A DNA stretch of 64,000 nucleotides from Bispira polyomma. Taxonomy: Eukaryota. This document shows positions 35,301 through 44,300 of this stretch, in pieces (within the stretch, counting starts at the first letter, position 1; the number at the start of each line of letters is the position of its first letter). The stretch lies in NCBI GenBank assembly GCA_965649765.1, contig OZ287752.1, forward strand, positions 16,306,001 through 16,370,000. The letters run 5' to 3'. The notes beneath the pieces are model-generated. The model saw only the letters and a program-made list of their open reading frames with translations. It was not told the origin of the DNA and did not search any database. The translations under genes were made by a program, and so were the position numbers.

Positions 35301-38300
35301 TCTGCACTAGTTGGACTGGGACCTGGGTCCCAGAGTACATCAGAGACCTTCCTTATTTCATGCTTCCCAACTGTGCCAGATAATCGCCTGATAGTATAAA
35401 TCTTACACCTTTCAGTTTGGCCAAGTTGATTGCTTCAAACCTATCCAGGAAGGCCTTGCATATTTCCAACATAGCAGGACCGTTTATAGACTAAAAACAA
35501 TTTTAGAATGTGCCTGATAAAAAACTTAAAAAATATGCCAGTTTAATTAACTGAGACTTGACCTCTGTATATGTTTACTTCTATGGTTACAATTTTCAGA
35601 ATTCATCATCCCACAAAGCAGTTACAGAACCAATGAAGAAGTAAGTCAAAGTGATCTAATAGTATAGATATATATATACACACGTATACAGTATGTCCAC
35701 CTCTTTTACTATAAACCTTCCATTTATTGTCCCTGTTTGGGTAGCGGTGGTTTATACTAGCTCTGCCTTGATGAATGAATGGTTATACAGGGTGACGGAA
35801 AACTGCCCATCAGGAAATTATCCCATCAAGTGTTTCCCATCAGGAAAATTGCCCATCAGGAAATTATCCCATCAACTGAATTGAGGGGATGGAAATCTTC
35901 CCATCAATAGTCAAATTTTATTAGTTATTCCAAACTAAATTATACAATATTAACTTAATATAACTTTTATTACATTTTAAGTACATAAAACAAATTTTAG
36001 CACTATTACTTTATGGAATTTTTGGCACTTTTGCATCAGATATGCATTCTTCTTTGGATCCCACCTGAGTAGATACCTAGATTAGAGATCAAAGCCCATC
36101 ATACACTATGACCACCATTTGATTTGTGATCAGGAATGAAAATGAGACAATCTTTAAGTTAATTACACTTGACATCTATCACAAGAACCAATGTTACAAC
36201 ATTTGATTTGTGCTCAGGAACACAAAATGAAGGAGTCTTTAAACTGATTACATTTGGAAATTAGCATAATACACATTTAATGTTATTTGATTTATGCTCA
36301 GGGATGGAAATGAAAAAGTTTGTCAATTGGCAATAATGACATCACACAACCTTTTGAAGTAATATTTACATCAACATAGATAGATAAATAGATACTTTTT
36401 CTATGATACTGACATTAAATATAATATTCTAATTAAATGTGTGTATAAAAGGTATAAAACTATTATTTTGCAGGAATTGTAGAATTCACAATTTATTAAA
36501 ACTTTCTATATCTTCAATTTTTTTTTAAATTTTAATTTCCTATATTCAAATTATTTAAATAAAATTTTAAAACACAAGCAAAAACACTTTTGTAAAAAAA
36601 AATATTTTGCTAATGGCTGATGGGCAGTTTTCCTGATGGGAAATAATTGATGGGGTAATTTCCTGATGGGCAGTTTTCCTGATGGGCAGTTTTCAGGGAT
36701 GCGGTTATACAATCAGCGTTTATAACACAAACAAATGCATTAGAATAGAAGAAATTATTTAAACTTGCATAGAAAGGGGTGTTAATTGTTTTAAATTTCT
36801 TTTTGCATTATGAAATTTAACCCATTGACAGAATATTCGATAAAATCCTTGATTATAGCCCACAAAGCCAATATTTATGTGAAAAATATTTTAAAAATTG
36901 GGGACAGCATTAGTTTCTGGGTTTTCGAATAAAAAGAGTTTGGATAATCAGGATTCTACTTTATATATAGATAATTTACTACATTAATTTAGAAATAAAG
37001 TGTTGATATAAGAAGGTGGAAGGTGATCAGAGTCAAAGTGCATTTGTTATGACTCACAAAACCTGTGGCTTATCTCTTTGATTTTAATCTAAAGTTTCTG
37101 CTGTAGGTTCAACCACTTTAAATTAATAATATGTCACTATTTTAGAAACTTGAGAAATACTAAATATTTAAATGGGCCTTGGGAATGTGGAATGTTTTTT
37201 GGTTAACTTAAAGGCTAATGAGGATACAATTGATGGATTTGACTTGTGAGTTCAAATATTATTTGACAATGCATTAAAATGTTGTTCAATTGTTAAATCA
37301 TGCTAGAAGTAGAATATTGTCCTTTTCTACTACTCTACTAAAATAAACTTACCTCATTTGCAGTGAGATCATTCTTTTTTGTGGCTAATTTTACGAATGT
37401 TTCTAATATATCCAGGTTTTCCACCATATTTCCTGCAGTTCAGTCAGCCATTAAGAAAAGAGAACAGAGTCTACAGGTAAGGAAGTGGGGGAGCCTTTAT
37501 CAACAATCATAGGTCTTCTTTTACTTTGTTATTGTAACACATCTGAAGACTTCTCATTTAATGGTTTTACTCATACTGTAGAACCCCTATTATCTGGGCT
37601 GGTATTCACAAAGGTTGTAATTTTTGTCTCAATCAATTTGATTGGCTGAACACATTGTTTCAAAGAATCTGATTGGCTTAGACTTAGAAAATTCAAAGAA
37701 TTGCATTGTAAGAATGTTTCCTATACACTGTAGAGAGTTATTTTCCTTGAATAATAGATGGGGTTAACAAATACAAAGATGCATTTTAGGTATCAGAACA
37801 GTATAAAAATCTAAACTGAAGAGAGTGGGAACGAGTCCATCTAAGGGAATTTTCGGAGATTATTATAAGAGTTCAGATAATAGAGGTTTAGTTGTATGTA
37901 TCAGTTTGCTGATTGTAAATACACTAGAACCTCTATTATCCGAACATGTTGGCAGAGAAAGATTTGTTCGGATAGTAGAAGGTTCATTTAGATAGAAGAG
38001 ACATTTTACTTTAAAATACAAATAGAAAAACCTAAATTTGGGAGAGTGGAAATGAGTTCATAAAATTGAATATTCAGATAACAGAAGTTTAGGCATTTTA
38101 GTGTAAAACTATATGAAATTTAACATTTGAAAATAAGTGGATAAATTGAATATTCAGATGATAGAAGTTTGTATAAATGAATAGAGGTTCTACTGTACTA
38201 GTATTGGTATGTAAGCAAAATGTGTTGAACATATTTTATTGTGTTCGCAGATGCTCAGAGAGTAAGTGCATAGATTAATTTCACTGCCTATTGTTTTCTC

Positions 38301-41300
38301 ATTCTAATGTGAGACAGCAGGTGTCTATTTACCTGGGGCCTGTAAATCGAAGCTCCAACTAACAAACATGAAAGGACCACACAACGAGGCTTTAACTAAA
38401 CCACTCCATGGGTACATAGAAAGCAGTTATGTTTTTGTTAAACTCAGCCCAAACAAAGGCCTAAGTTATAAGGTTCTATGTGATATCAGAAAGTCCTCGG
38501 TTCTATTCCCGGTACCGGCTGCTAGTTTCAGTTGGTGGGATAACATCCTTAGGCAAGATGTGAACACAAGTTTACCTAGTGGCTCGGATGACCACTTAAA
38601 ATGGCGGTCCTCTGTCACTGAGTAATATCTCCAGTGATAGATTAAAGATCCTTGGGGACGTTGATAAATGGTCATCCTCAAGCACCTCGGCGCCCATAGT
38701 GGCTGCCCATGAGGAAGCGCATTTGAAAGGACGCTGTGTTCTTTAAGTGCGCTATAACAAATGTACTATTTCATTTTATTTCATTTTCATTTCATATCAT
38801 ATGTTTAGGTTATGATATAAATGCAGTAATTGTGCACCATTTAACATGCACCAAGCTTTCATATGTCTTATACAGAGTTACACATAAACGTTAGGCTTAA
38901 CACTAAGATTAGACAAAAACCTTTTGTGAATACAACCCCTGGTGATCAGCTATATATACTTTCTGAGGTTTAGTTTGAAACGAGGCAAATTTACTATACA
39001 ACTTCTGATGCACGTGTAGACTTGTTGCGTGACCGTGACTAAATGACTTGAGATAAGTCAGTTTTGAAAATGAAATTAAAAATTTCAAATGGCACTTAGT
39101 CATCACCTGGTCTTACCAGGTAGGGTAATGACATCATATGATTGTTACCCCTCTTGTCTGTGACATCACAAACAAGATTGTTACAAGTCAGACACTATTT
39201 GGTGTCTATAGACATAATGGGGTGACACGGTTTCGCCGAAGAGGCTCATCAGACGCTATGTGCGGTGTCAAGATATGAATGGGTAGGTCCAGGTGTAGGG
39301 CCATGAGTGGAGAACAGCAAAGGTGATTGTTGTAGGACATATGCATGTGGTAATGCATAGGTCCTTGGTGTACTGGTGTAGGTATATGCTCCACTTATAC
39401 CTGGTGAGGGTTTACCTGTATAACACAGGTGGGTGTTATTCAGGGTGGGAATGGATTTTGGGGTGGTGGTGACCGTGGGTTACCAGGTTGTTTTCGGTGT
39501 CTATTAACACTGGTAGGACCAAATCCTGGAGTATGGGTTTGGGATGACTGGGGTGTACAAAGTATCATGAATAAAAATTTTTTAACGTGGCAAGTGATAC
39601 TTCGTGCAGCCCTAGGTGTTATTCCTGTATATTCAGGCCTTGTGGTGCATTGGTGTGTAACCTATGCTGCCAATTCCTCTCTATGATCCTGCGGATGTTC
39701 AGAGCCCGGGGTGACTCTGGGTGTGCATGGATAAAATCCACAATGTGAATCTCTAGATCTGAGATACCATTGTGGTCGGGTAGGTTAAAGTGGTGGCCTA
39801 CCGCATCTTTGAGGTTTTTGATTGTGATGTTGTAGAGGTGGCCCTGGAAACGGTCCATGAGTCTACGTTTGGTTTGGCCCACATACTGAAGTTTGCATGT
39901 TTTGCAGGTGATGCAGTAAATGAGGTTATTGCTTTTACAGTCAACCCTGATTTTGGTGGAGTAATCACGGTTGGTTGTAGTGCTGGTGATTCGACCTGTG
40001 GTGTTCAGAATGGGGCAATATCTGCATTTTGCAGTAGTGCATGGTGAGTTATGGGCTACCTTGGTGAGAGGAATGGTTTTGGGTTTTGGTGGATATTCCA
40101 CTTTTGCCCGTACGAGTTTTTCTCGGAGATTGTTGCTCCTATGGTGGCCGAACACCAAACTGTCCTTTTGGTCAAAAAGGTATTTGGTGTCGTTGGAACG
40201 AGTCAGATGAGACCAGTTCTGATTGACAATGTTTTTCAAACCAGGAAATTGTGGTTGATATGTAGTGATGATGAACAGACGGTTTGGGTCGGAAACCTGT
40301 TGTTGTGATGTAGACGGGTCCAGGAGGTCTGACCTGTTCTTGGACCTTGCCTTGGTGAGTGCTCGGTCAACTAGTTGTTGTGGGTAGCCTCTCCTGATAA
40401 AATGTTTTGAGAGGTGTGCGGCATTGATTTCGAAGTCCTCGGTGGAGGAACATATTCGTCTCACTCTTAGGAATTGACTAAAAGGGAGGCTGGATTTGCA
40501 GTGTAGAGGGTGCGAGGAGGTATACAACAGGTAATTGTGTGAGTCTGTAGGTTTACTATACAGATTCGTGCTTAGAGTGCCATCCTGGTGAAGGGAGACT
40601 GTGGTGTCCAAAAAGTTAACACTGGTGGATGATATTTCCGCTGTGAACTTGATTGATGGATGGCAAGAGTTCAAATGTTGGATGAACTGATGTAGGGCCG
40701 GCTTTGTGTCAGTCCATATGACAAATATGTCGTCTATGAAGCGTAGCCAAGTGTGTGCTTGGCTGTAGTACGTGTACACATGTGTGTTTTCGAAGTAGCC
40801 CATAAAGTTGTTGGCATGTGAAGGTGCCACTTTGGTGTCCATGGCTGTACCTGAAATTTGCAGGTAGTGTTTGCCATTAAACTCAAAGTTGTTTTTATTC
40901 AGGACCAGGTCTAAAAGTTGTATTAGAGATTGGTTATTGGGGTGTTTTGCCCCCGGTCGGTACTTGGCAAGGGTTCTAGCCGCTGCCCGTATACCCTCTT
41001 TGTTGGGTATGTTGGTGTATAGAGAGGTGACCTCCAGTGTCACTAGTAGACAATTTGGTGGTAATTGGCCTATGTTATTTATCATTTGTAGAAAATGAGT
41101 GGTGTCTTTGATGTAAGACTTCTGTAGAGGTATAGTGGGTTTTAGAAAAAAATCAACAAATGAGGATATTTTTTCGGTTGGACTCTCATTGGCAGATAGT
41201 ATGGGTCGACCTGGTGGGGGTCTTTGTGGTTTGTGTATTTTGGGCAATGTGTAGAACCTGGGGGTTCGTGGGTTCTTGTTGGCCAAAAAATTGTGACAGG

Positions 41301-44300
41301 TGATATCTATTTCATCCCTGTTTAGCATCTCATCTAGTATTTTGTGAACCAAAGTGTTGTGTTCTTCGGTAAGATCATGGTCTATGGGTTTGTAGAACTT
41401 TTGATCTTGTAATTGTCTGTTAATTTCAGATATGTAGTCTGTAGTGTTCTGAATGACCACTGCAGAGCCCTTATCAGCCGGTTTGATGGTAATTTCCTTA
41501 TTGTCAAATAATTGTTTGATGGCAATTCTTTCTGACCTTGTCAAGTTGTTGACCTTGGTGTTTCTGCAGATGATGTTTGCAGTTTTTGTCTCATTTAACA
41601 TTATCATGCCCTCTATGGTGGGGGGGGGGGGCCCGTGGGCTGCCAAGTTGATTTGTTTTTAAATCTTTGGTCCTTGAATGGCTCCTTGCTGTTGTGGTAG
41701 GGAGAAGGTAGGTTGAGGTCAGTAATAGGACTGGGGTTTACAGTGAGGTCTCTGGGGGGGTCATTGTCCTCTGAGTGGAAGAAATGGCGCCGACGTAGGT
41801 CCCGGTGGAAATTGTCGAGATCCTGAGTTGACTTAAATTAGGTTCACCAGGTGATGGGCAGAAGTTAAGACCTTTGGACAGTAAGGAGATTTGTGGCCGA
41901 GTGAGAGTAACACTGGAAAGATTAATAATGGATGTACTAACCTCTGTTTCTAGCGGGCTATTGACCTGGTTTGGGTCAAGGTTGCCGTTGTTATTGTTGA
42001 TGTTGGTTATAACATCGATCAAGTGATTACTTGATTTTGTCCACGAATGTGGTAGGGAGATACATATATAACAAAGCAATGTTTTATTAACCTGACATGG
42101 GTGTGTGGTCATAAACAAGGTATATAGTATGTGTGTTACTATTAACAGATAAAAAATCTTATCTACCTTGACTAGAAGTCTTAGTCTATCTGTTGAGTCT
42201 AAAAAACACATGTAATGGTTATAGTGGAGTTCTATTGGCGAAAGGCCCTGATGAGTGCCTCTTCCCTGGGTGTGAGTACAATGTTCCTGTTTGCTGGGGT
42301 ACCACGTCCTCTGCTGGTTCCCCTGGAGCCTCTGCCTCGTCCTCTGAAGGCAGGGGAGCGAGATCTTTGGTATGTAGATTTTGGGCTTTGGCCCCTGAGT
42401 GTGGTCCTCGGGAATGAGGGGCCTGGGCGGCGCCCCCTTGACCTTGAGCGAGGTCTCGTGGGACGCCTTTGGGCGTTTGGGTGGTTCCTGTTGGTTTCCT
42501 CAGTGGATGTGGCAAACCATCTAGCTGAAATGGCCTGGTTGGTGACGGGGTTTGCTCTGATTTGAGAAATCATTTTTGAGATGGTGGTTGATGTTGTATC
42601 CTTATCTTTTTGCACAAGCGTGGCAAGAAAGTTGAGGGCTTCCTTAGCTCCGTTTGTGTCTGAGCCGTACACATGCTCCACTGATCGAGTTAGAGCGTGA
42701 CCCATGGCCGTATCCTTAATATGTTTTGCTTCAAGTTCTTCGGCCAGGCTAAGGACGAGGTGGCGCCCTGCTTCTTTAAGCTTCTGGATAATAAGGTCAG
42801 ATTTATCCTTTGGCAAGAGGTGGCTGGGGACTGGTTCCAAACCCATAGCCCACGGAGGTAGTGTGTCCTCGGTGACAAGTTGGTTGAGGTAAGCTGCCCT
42901 AAGCTTAGCTTTTTCTGCAGCTGATAAGGCTGACCGTGTCTGGCGCCATAGGTCCATGGCTTCGGTTTTAACGTTGAAGACGGGTGTGTCTTGCTGATTT
43001 TGTACCTGAAACGACACAGATTTGTCGCTATTAGGGGTGGGTATAGCTGGTTGGGCTTGAGGAGTGGTAACAGTTTGTTGGTTAGGCAGACTGCCATTTT
43101 GGAGAGAATCCGGGTGTGAAATGTCCGTTGGGGCATTATTCCGGATTTGTGAATCAGTTATATCATTGGTTACACTTTCCGATGATGTTGTTGAATAACT
43201 ACTGATTGTGTGAATTCTACATCTTTTTTTGTTTTTTTGAGCACTGATGAAAGAGGTGGTATCGATCATCGTGTGTGCATTTGGTTGTTGCGCAGACGTA
43301 TGAGGTAAACTGTTTTGTTTACCTTCCGTGTCAATGGCGGTGTCCGATTTGATTTGAACCGTTGGTGAATCTGATATTTCTGCCAATTGCAGGTAAGGAA
43401 TGGAGTTTAAGAGAAGACACCATACACTAAAAAAAAAAAAAAAAAAAAAAAAATACTTTCTGAGGTTTGCTAAATTGTTAAAAAAATCTCCTACAATTAG
43501 TTTCTTGTCATGTTTTTAGGAGTACAATAAAAACCAAGCCAAAGTGGATAAATATCATGAGAAGGAGAGAACAGGACCAAACATAGTCAAACTGGACTCT
43601 GTGAGTTAAACTAACCATTATGGGATTATATTTTGTCTTGTGAATTACACTGACCATTATGGGATTTTTATATGTTGTCTTAGGGGCCGTGGTGGCCTAG
43701 TAGATATCTAGTAGTTATAAGCGTCTGCTTTAAGATCACTGACCTCTCACCTCTGGGGATCAAATCCCACATATTCCTTCTTCATGTGAGAAAGTTTGTC
43801 AGGTACTTGCCGTAGGTCTGTGGTTTCCCCCCACCACTAAACCTGGCCATCGCAATATGACCAAAGCTGTTGATGCAACTTAAAATCCAAATAAATTAAA
43901 TAAAAAAAAATTTATGTTGTCTTCTTGCATGGCACCATACAGTATAGAGAAGACACCATACAGTATAGAGAAGACTATTAGTTTTGTTAGCAAACCATTT
44001 TGGCAATTGTTTTCAATCATATCAATTCTAAAGTATAAGAGCATAGTGATAATTGGAATCCAAAATTCATAAATAAGATATCTACAGGGCTATTTGCAAA
44101 TAATATTATTCTAAAGTTACATTTCCGCAGTGAATTTGATTGGTTGATGTCAAGGTAACTAACGAACAGAGACTAAAACAATTAAAAAATAAAAGAATGT
44201 TCATGGTCATCTAAGAATATATGATATTTTTCCTGGTGGGATTTTTGATGTTTTCTATATTCTATTAATCTATCTTCGTTGTTGTTGTTGTCCCAATCCA

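Larger units (their letters stand above)
38800..43428 (-). mobile_element. Penelope-like retroelement (Neptune-type, GIY-YIG+), antisense in BIN3 intron 7; boundaries approximate
   Basis: Upstream ORF 43386-42232, RT-EN region 42211-39619, and a 3' region containing a hammerhead core. Confidence 0.9.

Noticed and set aside
42237-42260. ggcGAAAggccCTGATGAgtgcc on + looks like a permuted hammerhead
   Set aside because: Only 4 nt lie between GAAA and CUGAUGA, leaving no room for stems III and I. It is the antisense of coding sequence (ALIRAFR).
42379-42385. Second in-frame slippery-like heptamer C CCA AAA in the ORF1/ORF2 overlap
   Set aside because: No stable structure begins 5-9 nt downstream (the nearest hairpin is ~20 nt away). 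It is kept only as a fallback to the 42481 site.
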